DNA from: Geosiphon pyriformis uo1
Lineage: Eukaryota; Fungi; Glomeromycota
Assembly (NCBI GenBank): GCA_016748015.1
Contig: JAAOMT010000400.1
Span: 516,113 to 580,112 of the forward strand
Direction of reading: 5' to 3'
DNA: 64,000 bases
Shown here: positions 1-13,457 of the stretch, in pieces
Layout of the letters: every line of letters begins with the position of its first letter
Position numbering within the stretch: the stretch's first letter is position 1
Translations under genes and position numbers: made by a program
The notes under the pieces: model-generated
The model's input: the letters and a program-made list of their open reading frames with translations, nothing else
Database searches by the model: none
What the model was told of the DNA's origin: nothing

Positions 1-31
1 TTTTTTTTTTTTTTTTTTTTTTTTTTTTTTC

Positions 32-830
32 AAATTGCTTTGATAACATCAAAGATTAATAGTCTTTGTGAGACTGAGCTGCCCATTCATACCTTTTTGT
101 AACTATGCCATAAAGATATTTAATAATAGTCATCATTTTTAAAAGCTTGTTCAGCCGTTCATTTTTTTTTTCTTGTTCATTTGATAAGCACTTTCAAGTT
201 GGATAACATTCTGTAAAGAACAATCGTAAAAAAATTAGGTAAAATTGAAAAAAAAAAAAAAGTCTTCAATTATTAAAATTAGATAATTTATTTCAAACAT
301 TGTGAAAAACATTGTGAAAAAATGATCTTTTACCTGTAATTAACCGGTTTTCATGTTATGATTTGCATAGTCGATCCTCTTATTGATGCATCTAATATAA
401 ACGAAATAAATTCACATCACGTGGCTTCGGTTATCGTTTCAATATTAGTAAGGATTAATATAATATATCAACCAATTAAAAATTCTTGAACGCTTTATCG
501 TTTTCATCTATTGCTTCAAACAATATATAGAGAAAAATATTTAATTCTTTTGGTTAATAATAATTTTGAATAATTTTTTTGTAATAAAAAAAAAAAAAAA
601 AAAAATCCTGCTCCCTCAACTGGATTGAATTTACTATAACTCTTAAATATATTATAATAACTTTCTAAGTTCTATAGTTTTCTCGCAGATAAACATTCAT
701 TGAAATGGTAAGTGCTGATGATACCACAAAAATCCAAATACTAATCTCCAAATAGGAATATTGTGTTATTGGATGATGCGTCAGGGATCATTGTATTCGT
801 CATTACAATTTGTCGCATCTTCTGATAATT
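32..830 (-). pseudogene. Decayed Crinkler-associated / restriction-endonuclease-fold-like gene remnant (family expanded in Glomeromycota)
   Basis: Minus-strand fragments translate as LFEAIDENDKAFKNF, TNIETITEAT*CEFISFILDASI, RIDYA..., then a GT-AG intron at 333..211 (CAG|gtaaaa ... ctaat...ttacag|AAT), then Q|NVIQLESAYQMNKKKK*TAEQAF and YLYGIVTKRYEW. These match motifs I recall from AMF Crinkler-like C-terminal domains (NEATRCEFIS, GRVDYA, QNxxQLESA, YLYGIVT). Stops, frameshifts and deletions are present. Confidence 0.5.
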
Positions 831-838
831 GGGATTTT

Positions 839-841
<3 letters not shown>

Positions 842-892
<51 letters not shown>

Positions 893-908
893 TATATATA
901 TATATATG
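842..908. repeat. Compound (GA)n(TA)n microsatellite
   Basis: Direct: gagaga... run followed by tatata... Confidence 0.95.
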
Positions 909-1044
909 TATATGTTTGATCACAATAGTTAAATTTCTGTCATCTATTCATCGAAACGGCACTTTTTTTAACTTGTTTATCTTCAAATGAAAGAAATTTT
1001 TAAAAGGGATTTTGATATTTATGATTTTACAAAAAAAATACTTT

Positions 1045-1761
1045 NNNNNNNNNNNNNNNNNNNNNNNNNNNNNNNNNNNNNNNNNNNNNNNNNNNNNNNN
1101 NNNNNNNNNNNNNNNNNNNNNNNNNNNNNNNNNNNNNNNNNNNNNNNNNNNNNNNNNNNNNNNNNNNNNNNNNNNNNNNNNNNNNNNNNNNNNNNNNNNN
1201 NNNNNNNNNNNNNNNNNNNNNNNNNNNNNNNNNNNNNNNNNNNNNNNNNNNNNNNNNNNNNNNNNNNNNNNNNNNNNNNNNNNNNNNNNNNNNNNNNNNN
1301 NNNNNNNNNNNNNNNNNNNNNNNNNNNNNNNNNNNNNNNNNNNNNNNNNNNNNNNNNNNNNNNNNNNNNNNNNNNNNNNNNNNNNNNNNNNNNNNNNNNN
1401 NNNNNNNNNNNNNNNNNNNNNNNNNNNNNNNNNNNNNNNNNNNNNNNNNNNNNNNNNNNNNNNNNNNNNNNNNNNNNNNNNNNNNNNNNNNNNNNNNNNN
1501 NNNNNNNNNNNNNNNNNNNNNNNNNNNNNNNNNNNNNNNNNNNNNNNNNNNNNNNNNNNNNNNNNNNNNNNNNNNNNNNNNNNNNNNNNNNNNNNNNNNN
1601 NNNNNNNNNNNNNNNNNNNNNNNNNNNNNNNNNNNNNNNNNNNNNNNNNNNNNNNNNNNNNNNNNNNNNNNNNNNNNNNNNNNNNNNNNNNNNNNNNNNN
1701 NNNNNNNNNNNNNNNNNNNNNNNNNNNNNNNNNNNNNNNNNNNNNNNNNNNNNNNNNNNNN
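1045..1761. other. Assembly gap (N run)
   Basis: 717 N characters. Confidence 1.
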
Positions 1762-1938
1762 ATAAATTCATGAATTCTTATTTATTTAAATGATTAAAAA
1801 AAAAATTCATTGTTACAATTTCATTAAAAAAAAAAAAAACTATTAAAAAATTAATTTAAAATTAAAAAATAATAATAATAATAATATGATTTTTTAAATT
1901 TTTGTATTCAATAAATATATTAAATATATTAAATATAA

Positions 1939-1969
<31 letters not shown>

Positions 1970-2988
1970 ATTGGATTTATTCATTGAAATACTAATTTTT
2001 TTTTTCTTGAAATTTCTTAATATTAATACAAATTTATTGAAAATAAAAAAAAATAGATGAAACTAAATTTTACTATGAATAATTTAACTTTCTTTATTCT
2101 TTTTAACGAATCTTGTTAAATATTGATTCGATGAAAAATTTAAAAATTTATATGTTTGTAATTTCACTTAGATTAACTAAACTTCAATTATTACATGTAA
2201 AATATATATTAATAAATCATTTAAAGCAAATATTTAATTTTAATTTATATCTTTATTTTATCATGATAATTGGATGATAAAAGAAATAAAACCTTTACCA
2301 TAGTATTGTTGATTCTAATCTTATTTAGAACAGTAATTTAAATGCTATGGATTGATCGACCTCAAATATAATTTTAATTTGAATGACTTTATTAAAATAA
2401 CAAAAGATATTATTATTATTATTAATGTATTATCACAAATTCATACAATTGAAAATTATAGAAATACAAATTTATATAAATAAAATAAAAAAATAATGGA
2501 TCCGCGCACATTACATTTTTACTAATTTGAAATCTAATGAATTATAACCGCAAATTACCGTATGATCTTGCATTGTTAAATTCCATACCTCCCGAACCTC
2601 AGTGAGTAACTCTTTTGATTTAGAATTCCGAGTTCCGAAGAAGAATCATTTTTCCGATGGAAAGTATTATGCATCCAAATTTAAAACGATTAAAAAAATT
2701 TATTTTTTCAAAATTCAATTTCTCAGAGATAAAAAGAAATTTTTGCGTGAAATACTAAAAAAAATGATCAGGATTTGGACTTGAAAGCAAATCAAAGATT
2801 TCGCCTAAAAATAAAAAAAGTTGAGCATTTAGAGCTATACTAAAGACTTGAAACAAGCGGTAGAATTTCAATAGAGCTTGAATCTTTAAAAAGGGATCCA
2901 CTGAGAGTTTGCATGACTGTTTCCAAATTTATGAAACAGTACAATATATTTCAAAGCTCCAGATAGGTTCATCATTCTTGATTTACCA

Positions 2989-5101
2989 TCAAGATTTCTC
3001 CAGTTTACTGCCCAGAGCTATTATAGCGTCGGCTTCTTTTTCTGCACATACGCCGTATCTTTGGCGAATAAATTCCCTTAATTTTTCATTTTCACTCTCA
3101 AGTCGACCCGTCTCTTTGCTAGTTCTCTTCGGGAGGAAATATCCACCTGGAGTAGATGGTGTTGTTGTTGTTGTTGTTGTTGTTGTTGTATCATTAAATT
3201 CTAGAAAAAAATTTAAAGGCAGAAATGGGTCCGACCGCTGAGGAGTACGCGGAGTCCGTGGAGTACGTGGAGTGTGTGGAGTGTGTGGAGTGTGTGGACT
3301 GCTGCTGAATGTTGATTCTTGATTTAATATCGCCTCCTGATTTGCTGAAAAACTGGGGGAATCCAATGTGCTTTTTAGAATTTTCAGGCTCGGAAGAGAA
3401 ATTTTTCTCGGCCTTTTTATAGTTTTCCCCACCAGAACTCCATTTAAAGTGCCTAATGGAGCTGGGTTCAAAAATTTGGGACTTTCAAATGACTCTTTAT
3501 CGATATTGATAAAGCCATTCTTTTCACAATTACGCGGCTGGATGGTATTGATATTTTTAACTTGTTCTTCACCATAAAACTTATTGGCGTTAAGTTGAGC
3601 TCCTCGCCAAAAAGCTGGTCTTATGCGCCTATGAAAATCATCATTCGAAGATGTTTCAGAGGTTGGAATTTCCCTCTCATCCGTCTCATGTTTCCTATCT
3701 TCAAAAATATCATGAAACTCCTCCTCCTCATCTTCCTCCAAGTATTTCGGAGAGAATTGACTTCTTATCGATTCAGTATAAAAATCGTTCCAAGTTTCAT
3801 CAACTTCATCACTTCCATCTTCAAAGCTACTTTCATTAATGTCTTCTTCCGTTTCTTCATCCTCATTATTGTCCCCTTTTTTTAAGGGATCCTTTTTGGG
3901 CTTTTTTGCCCCCTTATTATGCGCATGAGGATTATTATTCTTCTTGAGCTTTATGACTTCTTCGTTTTGGTAGTGAGTTACTGCGATGAAGACTGTATCA
4001 TCGAAGGTAAATGAAGAGGTCTTATCATCATAGGGAACATTTTTTGAATGATTTATCATGTAAATACGTGGCTGATATTTGTGAAAGGAGGTTAAAAAGA
4101 AATATCCATCTGGCAGGCTTATCTTAAGTTTTCCAGGGACTGACACACAACGACGAAAGGGTTTGTTGAGTTTGACATTGTTAGGCATTTGAGAGCGATT
4201 GGTAAGTTTAACTCGTGAAAAATTTACACCATTTCTCATCCACGCTTCCCCTTTATTATGAAAAGCAACAGTGCAGATGGCGAGGTTTCAAATAACGTCT
4301 AAAGTTGTTTCGAGATTTCCCGATTTTAGTCTTACCACTTTGCGGTGAGCTTGGATGGATGTAAGGCCGGCCTTTTACCACTCCAGGTTTTAGGGGTCTT
4401 CCACTGCCACCTGTGGCAAACTTCCTTTTATCTAGGCCAATGCTTATCCATTTTCCTTTTTGAAACCGATAACGGAAATCTGACACTTGCTCAAAGTCGA
4501 TAACAAATGAATACTCGGAATAAGGATCGAGATCCTGAGGAAATAAATCAAGGACAGGAAAGAGACATCGACCAGCCTTCGTGATTATCATTTCTGTATT
4601 AACTTGATTAAATTCTTTCCATAAGTTGGCGTTTGAGAGCTCGAGGCGACCTTTGATCGTTGAGTCCGAAATCACAGACGAGGTCTTGAAATTAAGCGAA
4701 GAAATGGACTTCAACCCTTTTGCCAATTTGTGACGCCTTGGAGGTTCAGGGAAAGAAGAGAAGAAAAATTTCCCTCCCTCGGCTGGAGTTGTTGAAACCG
4801 AATGCCAACCTTTATCATTATCGGAGAAAAGTTGCTTACGAAACTCCTCGTTACTATTTGAAGACCAAGAACTTTCAGTGGAGCTGCTGAAGAAAGGTTT
4901 GTAATTATGTGAATCAGGAGTAGTTTCTCCACCCTCGTCATTTTGGAGTCTCACTGATAGTCGAAAGAAATCTTCTTCAAAATTATCTTCTATATCTTGA
5001 CTTTGATCAGGAATGGACAACGGAGGATTCATCTGTGAAGGTGTTCCTGAAAAATTGATGATATAATTTATATCCATCGCGAAACCGAGATCACTGCACA
5101 T
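2989..5101 (-). CDS. T-box transcription factor (Brachyury-like), two coding exons: 5101-4336 and 4250-2989
   Basis: T-box motifs LWKEFNQVNTEMIITKAGRCLFP, YIHPSSPQSG|EAWMRNGVNFSRVKLTN, LTSFHKYQPRI, TVFIAVTHYQNEEVIKLK..NNPHA. An 85-nt GT-AG intron (4335..4251, G|gtaag...cataataaag|GG) joins the two ORF-track ORFs in frame and restores HPxSPxxGxxWM. Confidence 0.93.
3160..3300 (-). repeat. Coding repeats in the T-box C-terminus: poly-Thr (ACA)n and a 9-bp (TP-H/R)n tandem
   Basis: (gtt)n at 3160-3189; ggagtgtgt/ggagtacgt units at 3241-3300 encode SPHTPHTPHTPRTPRTPRTPQ. Confidence 0.9.
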
Positions 5102-6005
5102 AGTCTTAGAGAAGAGGTAAAAAAAAATATTTAGCCATAAATAAATTTAGATATTAATGCTAAGCATTTAAAATGGTACAAGTAAGGAATGGATAAAAGG
5201 ATTCTTCAGTTTAGAACCATACAATATTTTCCAATTGCTCGAGAAGTTGTAAAAGGGTGAAAATCCAAACTTATCTAACCATCCACGTGAATTGGTATGG
5301 TCAAGTAAGGTGGTCAGGTTTCGTTGATGGTCGTGTATGTGTATCATGCAACGAGGTTACTTATTAATATCATATGTAAAAAATTTCAAAAATTAATGTG
5401 AATGGAAATAAATAAAGTTTCATCAAGAACGGAAATGCTCACGAAAAAAGAATTCAGAAAAATTTATTTATAGATAAAAAATTTGTAATCAAAAAATGCT
5501 CATTCCAACTTTATGATGTAAAATCATTGATTATTAACAAAAAAGTGGCATTTAAGTGATGCGAACCAAATATTATTTTAGAAAAAAGAATTTGATATCA
5601 ATATATCGTAGTATGTTGCATTAATTTAATTTGATTTGATTTGATTTGATTTTGATTTGATGTCGGAGAACTCGAATAGAGCATGAAAATATTTAATACC
5701 GAAATTTTACTTGTGACAGACATAATAATCAAAATTTTTTAAGATTTATCATTTTTTTAACCAAAAACATTAATGCTTTGTACTCATCAAACAGTTTGTC
5801 TATGAAAATTGAATAAGAAATAGTTTTAAAAAATTCAATATGATTAAGTTGATTTTTAAATTTACGATTATTTTAAAAATTTTAAAAAAGTCTTTGTTGA
5901 AAAAATTGATCTGCATTAAAAGATGTATACAAATAATAATGTAAATATCGTAAAATTTAAAAAAATATTGAATTTATAATGATGTATGAAAAATTGCCTT
6001 TTCAA

Positions 6006-6222
<217 letters not shown>

Positions 6223-9200
6223 TTGTTGTTGTTCTCGGTTAATATTTGGAATAAAAGTATTATTAAAATACAGTAATTTTAATAACATATTAATTCCTTT
6301 ATTATTATTTTTACAATATATCAATTAAATTATGTACATATTAAAATAACAAAACAATTAATTTTAAATAAAACTTTGAAATAAATTGAAACCCAAATTT
6401 TAATACCAAATTATTATTATTTCAATTACAGTAATTACAGAAAACTGTCAATTGTACTATATTTAATTAAGTAATACAATCAAAGTTTGTTTATTAATTT
6501 TTTTGCTAAACTATTTTTTTCTTAAAAAATAGCATTTTTTAATTAAGTTATTATAAAATATTAAAACATAAAATTTTAAATGAATTGTTTAATTAAATAA
6601 AACAAAAGATTTATAACAATAAAATTATTCAAATTATTCAGCCAAAACATAACAGCATTTTAGTTTATTTGTTTAAACATGTATTAAAGCAATAAAATTT
6701 AAAATTATAGATACTTTTAACAAGTTTAATATAACTATTCAAACAGTTATTGATTAATTATTATATTTTTAATCAAAATTTAAATATAAAATTTCCAAAC
6801 AATCTTAAAAACAAGTAAAAAATTAATAATAAAAACTTATTAAAAATTGTTTATAAAATTCTATTAAAAATAAATAATAATTAAATTATTTGTTTTAACT
6901 TAATAAATATTATAACAGATTTAATTTCTAATTTTTGGGTTTTTACTTTTAATAAATATTTAAAAAAAAGTATTTAAAAACTTCAAATAGCTCAAATATA
7001 TTCAAAATACCAGATATTTTGTTAAAAAAATTTATAATACTATCAGTTGTGCTTAATAAAAAATTAAATATAATAGATTAATAAAAAGGTAAAAAAAAGT
7101 TTAAGTTTAAAAATTGATACATAAAAGTTTATTTTTTTCCAATTCATACAAATTTTAGAAAGTTGAATAGCAAATCTTGCCGTTTTCAAAATTCAAAAAA
7201 TTCTTAAAAAGAAATTCCAGATACATGTCACATTATATAACAAGAATTGATACATTTTGATCAATAAAATGTATCAATTAAAACAAAAATATATTACTAT
7301 AAGAATTATTGAAAAACTTACTTTTTTAAATTTAATAAAATTTTATTGTAAACATATTTAAGAAAAAATGAATTCAATTTAAATATTTGATTTATAGAAT
7401 TCACAAAATAATAATAGATAATAAATTTAATAATCAAGCCCTAGGATTTTATCTAACCTGTAAACAAAAAATTAGGGAAAAAATGTGATTTTATAATTCC
7501 ACCAGAAGTTTTACAAATTGAAAAGTTTACTGCTAACTATCATCCTCGTGATTGATAACTTTATATTCTTATCTCCAATTTTTACCAAATCCTAAAGAAT
7601 TGATCAAACAACATAATTTTGGTATAATTTTGAAGATGATGACTTTGAAGAAAATAAGCTTTAAAAGAAAAATGAAATCAACTATTTACCACCCAATTTT
7701 AATTTATTCAAGCTGTCTTATAAATTTTCCAAAACAAATAGTTCTTGTTTAGTATAGCTTTTTATTTAGCATTCCTTCTTGTTTCGGTATGTTATATTCT
7801 TTATTAATGATTTTAAATTTTCTCACCTTCAGGCCTCAAAATCTCTTTAGTTTGGAAACGTTTAAGGAAAAATTAACATATATATTAATTCCGATATAAA
7901 TGATAAAAACAGTAATACCAATTTAACATTTCTGCCTTTCTTTTGGCAAAAATACAATAATTTTGTTTTTAATATGAAATATAGCATGACAAACTAACTG
8001 ATTGATATCAAACCAATTTGTGATAAAAATACAGAAAAATTCATAACAGTTTATTATATAAAATTTTTATTTAAATTATTGTGTTTGCAAATAAAAATTA
8101 CATAAACAAAAAGCTTTTAAAAATTAATTAATAAAAGTTTGATTATTTTTAAAATACAAATATATTCTGCGTACAATTTCTATGTATATTGTAAAATTAA
8201 AATTATTTTTAAAAATAAGTATTATAAAATAAATTTAATTTAAAAATCAATTTTAATGAATAAAAATAACAACAAAAATATTACATTTTTTATAATTTTA
8301 AAATTAAAACCATTTAATAAGCAATTATCAAAATATAATAATTTATTTTAATTATATTTTAATATAAACACTAAAAAGTATTATTAATTTTTTATATATA
8401 CTTTAAAAAAATTAACCTAATAAATATATACTTATCCAAAAATAAAAATAATAGTTTTTAAACATGTAATTTACAAAATAAATTATTTTAAAACTTAAAA
8501 AATGATTTATTTTAAATAATTTTTTTTTTCTAATATTGTATTATAGTAATGTATAGATATTTGATTTTTTTTACAAAAAATTTTTATCTGTAGACTAGTT
8601 TTTTGTTGATATGAATGTATTAATACAATTTTTTATATTAAAAAGATATATTTTGTTTCTGATTTAAAATCATCTTTTGAAAAATTAAAATTTGTCCAAA
8701 TTATATTTTATATAAAAGTTCAATTTTTAATTATTTTTAAACTAAATAATTTATATATCTGTTAATTATAATAGTAATAATTAAAAAAAAAATTGTTGAA
8801 AATTTTTCCAAGTTTAAAATAAAAATAGATTAATTAATTTTTTTGAAGTTGAAAACTAATCAACTTTATACCTATTAATTTAATTTATATTTTATTTTAC
8901 AAGTATTAAGATATATTATAAAATATATTTTTGTATTATACAAATCAAAATATTAATAAAATAAAAGTTATAAATTTTTTTTTTCTCTTATATTTTTATA
9001 ATTATAATCAAAACAAAAAAAAAGTAATTACTTTTTTTCAATTGTTTTACTTAGTTCAAATGTTTTAAAAGCTTTTTTAAAAGTAAAATTAATTAATTTT
9101 AATACAATTACTATTATCATGAAAAATCTAAGAATTTTTAATAACAAACTAATAGTTAAGTTACTTTTTTTATAACTTTTCTTATTTTTACTTAAATGAC

Positions 9201-9949
9201 CAAAAAAGCAAAAAAACTACTGTTATTAACTTTTTTGAAATACATAAAAAAGTGTTTTTTTATTGTTTTTTAAATTATTATTTTTGATTTAAAAATTTAT
9301 TTCTTTGTAAAAAATATAGTATTGATTTTTTTTAATATTTACACCAGTTTTGTTACAACTACATTAATTATGATGTTTAATCTAATTTTGATTGTAAACA
9401 ATATCTTTTTTATTTAGATAATAACAATAATAATAATAATATGTTTGCCAAAATTAGCTTATGATTAAATTGCTAAATATATTGAATTTTGGTTGATTTT
9501 TACAGATTTTAAAAACAAAACAAGTTATATTTTTACACACAACTTTGTTTAATTAACTTATTAAGTTAATTAATTTTAAAAATTAGACAAATTAAATAAT
9601 AACTAAAGCATTTTTTCTTCTTTTGTTTTTTAATAATACTGTATTTAAAATAATTTAATAAGTGGTTTCTATTTTAGTGTTTAATAAAATTGCAAAAATT
9701 AAATTAAATTATATTAAGTATACTTTTTAGTTTTTATATAGTTTTATTAATTTAAAATTAGTTGTAAAAAATAATATTAAGTTCTTTTGTATAAAAGTTT
9801 ATATTTTAAATTTTCTTGAATACTGCTGTTTAAATTATGTTTGCTAATTTCTTTTTTTTTATATTCAAGATTGTGAAATTTTCTGTATTTGCTGTCATAA
9901 CTTTGTGTAATATTTTTTAGGCATTTTTTTGACAAAATTAAAAATAGTT

Positions 9950-11700
9950 TAAGATAAATATCGCTGTGTGTGTGTGGTATGACCCGAGGAGTTACAAATT
10001 TCAGGCCCTAGGTATTGAACAATACCAGAAATGCCGCCAGGCTCTGAAGAATTAGTAGGACGACAGAAACCAAAGTCCGCGATGACAACTTTTAAGGGGC
10101 TTGATTTCAAAACAAGGATGTTGCCAGGATGTAAGTCCCCATGAACTAGTTCTGATTCATGTATAAAACCTTAGGCCACTAGCGATTTGAAGAAGAATAC
10201 GAAGGACCATTTCCCAAGTAAGAGTGCTTTCGTTCATTTTGAGAAAAGCACTGAGGTCTCCATATTCCGCAAATGGTAAAACAATAACAAATTCATCGGT
10301 TGTAGCATCTTTAGTTATTCCATATCATTGGAGGATGTATTTGCAAGAGGCACTTTTAAAACGCGCAATGAACTATTTCAAAGCGTTTTCCAGTGTTAGA
10401 AAAAGGAGAATACTAAAAATCACATTGATTTCTTAAAAGTAAATACCTCATCTGAATTAATATATTTTATATTTTGGTTATCTTTAAGATATTTCAAAGC
10501 AACTTTTGTTACACCACTCCGTTCATATTTTTGGTTTTTCTCGTCCCAAAATATAATTTTTCCTTTCTCCCAACTGCCTTTTTTAACAACACCAAATCCT
10601 CCCTCTCCCACCTTATCTAAAAATTCCATCTTCGTCGGGAAAAATCCATTCCAGGCAGCCTCTACTGCTTTCAGAAATTCTGTATAATATATATACTGAT
10701 TAATATTATCATTTCCACTATTCCATTTTCCCCAAACCTTTGAAAATCTTGAATTTTCACAATCACTACACCAAAGTGGATCTTTTAATCTGCGAAAGCA
10801 TTCTGGACATTTCGGCAAGCCGGCTTCAAATACATTATTATCACTTTTATCAGTATCACAAAATGGACATATAGGAGATCCACTAATGATTATACCCAAG
10901 TTACTACATTTAAGACATTTGAATTCATCTGAAAGCTGGTCAAAGAAAGCTTCAAAATCTAAAAATTCTCCTTTAGAATTATCTGGGGTTCTTAAACCTC
11001 GATTTTGAAATTGCAAAATCAAAAGTTCCAGATCTTTTTTTATTTCTAGTCTACTTCGATATGCACCAAGTTGAATTTTTCCAATTAAACTTCCCGCCTC
11101 TGCAGCTTTTGAATAGAGTTCAAATGCTTTTTCCTCATTTTTCATCGTTCCCATCCATTGATATAACAAAGTCCAAGACAGTTTTGTCCATTTGTATTAC
11201 CCGCCTCTGCTGCTTTTGAATAGAGTTCAAATGCTTTTTCCTCATTTTTCGTCGTTCCCCATCCATTGGTATAACAAACTCCAAGATTGTATTGTGCATT
11301 TGTATTTTTTGAATATAGTTCAAATGCTTTTCCTCGATCTTGTGAAGTACCGATTCCACAACTATAACAATAATTTGAGAAGAATTGTCCAAAAGAATCT
11401 TTTGCCTTTGTTGCATTTTGAAATTCTAAAAATGCTCTTGTTAAATTAGGAATTGTTCCAATCCCATGTTCTAAAGAAAAGCCGAATAAAATATAATCTC
11501 TCGAACGCTTTGGACTTTTATTTTTCAAATAATTGAACAAGTCTTTAGGTGTTTTCTGATTGCGCACAAGATATTTTTTCACCAAGTCGGCAACTTTTGA
11601 ATATTCACTAGCTAGAAAGATGGCCAAATTTTCTTTGATGACAATCATTGTTCCTTCAAGCCATTCGAGAGATCATGTTGTCTTTTCAATTTATGAAGTT
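9950..11700 (-). pseudogene. SEL1-repeat + Cys-rich linker + TKL-type protein kinase pseudogene, 3'-truncated
   Basis: SEL1 repeats (AQYNLGVCYTNGWGTTKNEEKAFELYSKAAEAG), then kinase motifs GEGGFGVV, VALK, intron ~10446-10374, ILQ*YGIT, LPFAEYGDL, HGDLHPGNILV, IADFGFCRP, YLGPEI, SDIY. Lesions: 1-bp deletion ~11150 (ccc vs cccc in the sister repeat), TGA at 10325-10327, +1 T ~10166, AC-repeat frameshift ~9968, and loss of everything after subdomain IX. Confidence 0.85.
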
Positions 11701-13457
11701 GAAGATATGATTTTAAAGCAATACAAATGTATTATCAAACTTTCAATATTTTGGATGGGTAAAGGAGATTTAAAGAGTTTGTCTTGTTAATAAATAAGGA
11801 TTCAACCTTTAATTTTGTTAGGCCTTGAAGAAATCTAAAACGTTATTAAGTTCTGAAAATAGACACCTACTTCATCCCCTTATTTACATTGCTTAAACGG
11901 GTTTCAAAAGCCGATTGAAATGCATAAGGTTGCAGATGGTCTTCGCTAGCCCTGGCCGCTTCTTTTCAGCAAGCCGATAAAACAAAATTAATAATATAAT
12001 TATTTTATTAAATTCTTTCAATAAATTATTGTAAAAAATGTTAAACCTCGATATTCAAGCTTTTTAGGGATTTTGTTAAATATTGTACATTAAATGAAAT
12101 TTAACTACTAAACACTTTTTAGATCCCTATTCATACCTTGATGTGGGAATAGAAATTGATAAAATAGTTAAAGGTATGTACAGTCCGTAAAAAATATTCC
12201 TTTGCTTTTTTGATTCTTTTTTACATTAATAGGTATCCGAACATTCTAGTAAGTGACCCTCTACAATCTTTTAAACTTATTAAATCATTCAATCTTTATC
12301 TGCAGAATCTTAAAATGCTAAAAATACATAATTTGCTTCTTCCCAAGCAAAAAAGGTAAATCTTTAACTCTTAATTCTTTAATATTTTAATTTCTTCAGG
12401 TGAAAGCACCCTTGATACCAATATTTCTATTCATTTGCTAGTTCCTTATTTAAATATGGTCGTACAAGATGATAAAAGTTTTGTCAAATATAAATTATTG
12501 AATTTAACTTGGGATTTTTCAGCTGCCAAATTCTGTTATGGAAAATATAAATAAATTATTTAATGCAATAGGACTATTAATTTCAAATATGGCTTTAATT
12601 TTAAGATTAGCATTACTTTTTAAGATACAAAAGTCTTTTACGTTTAAAGAAAACTTTTTAAAAAATCAGAGTTATTTTAACTATTTTATGCTAATTTAAA
12701 AAGTAATTCTTTTGAACATAGAACTTTTTTCAAGTGTGTTTAAAAAATTGTAATTATATTAACAAAGAGATAGTTAATAAAATAAATTACTAGCAAGCTT
12801 TATAAAAATTTCTAAGTTGATTATTTATTAAAGAATTTTCTATTATATTTAAGTTTAAAAAGTACATATTGTTAAAAAAAATTAGTTAATCAGACCTTAT
12901 TAACAAATTAGTTATTATTTTACTTTTATACAAATATTTAAAAATTTTGAAATTTTTGTTATTAAATAAAGTTTCAATGTTAAATTTACTAAAATTTATA
13001 ATTATATTAAATCATAGACTAAAACAACTAACAATAGTATAAAAATATTATTCAAGTTTTAATTTATTTTTCTTTTACAAAATTGTTTAAACTTTATTAA
13101 AATTCTAATATTTAAATATTTAAATAAGCTAATTTTGGGTTTAAATATATCAAAATACTCAAAAAACTTAATTAATATTTTTTTTAATGTGTCGTCCTAA
13201 AAACAAATTATTAATTATTTAATATTATTAAATAACCAATTATATAATTTTACAAAATAATTATTTTAATTAAAAAAGATTTACAAACAAACAATATTAA
13301 TTCACAATAACAATAACATAGAATTATATAAACAATAATAAAAAAAAGCATAAAATAATTTAAAAAAAAAACTAACAAAATAATTTTAAAATAACAAAAA
13401 TATAACGTATTTTAAATTTTAACTCTATAATTATATATATATATGTAACAGTTTTAG

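Noticed and set aside
987-1793. Three long ORFs in the ORF track
   Set aside because: Artefacts of the N gap.
2909-3885. Plus-strand ORFs overlapping the T-box gene
   Set aside because: Antisense shadows with no recognisable motifs.
7140-8050. Slightly GC-richer patch (also 11800-12540) as a gene remnant
   Set aside because: No motif I could recognise in any frame.
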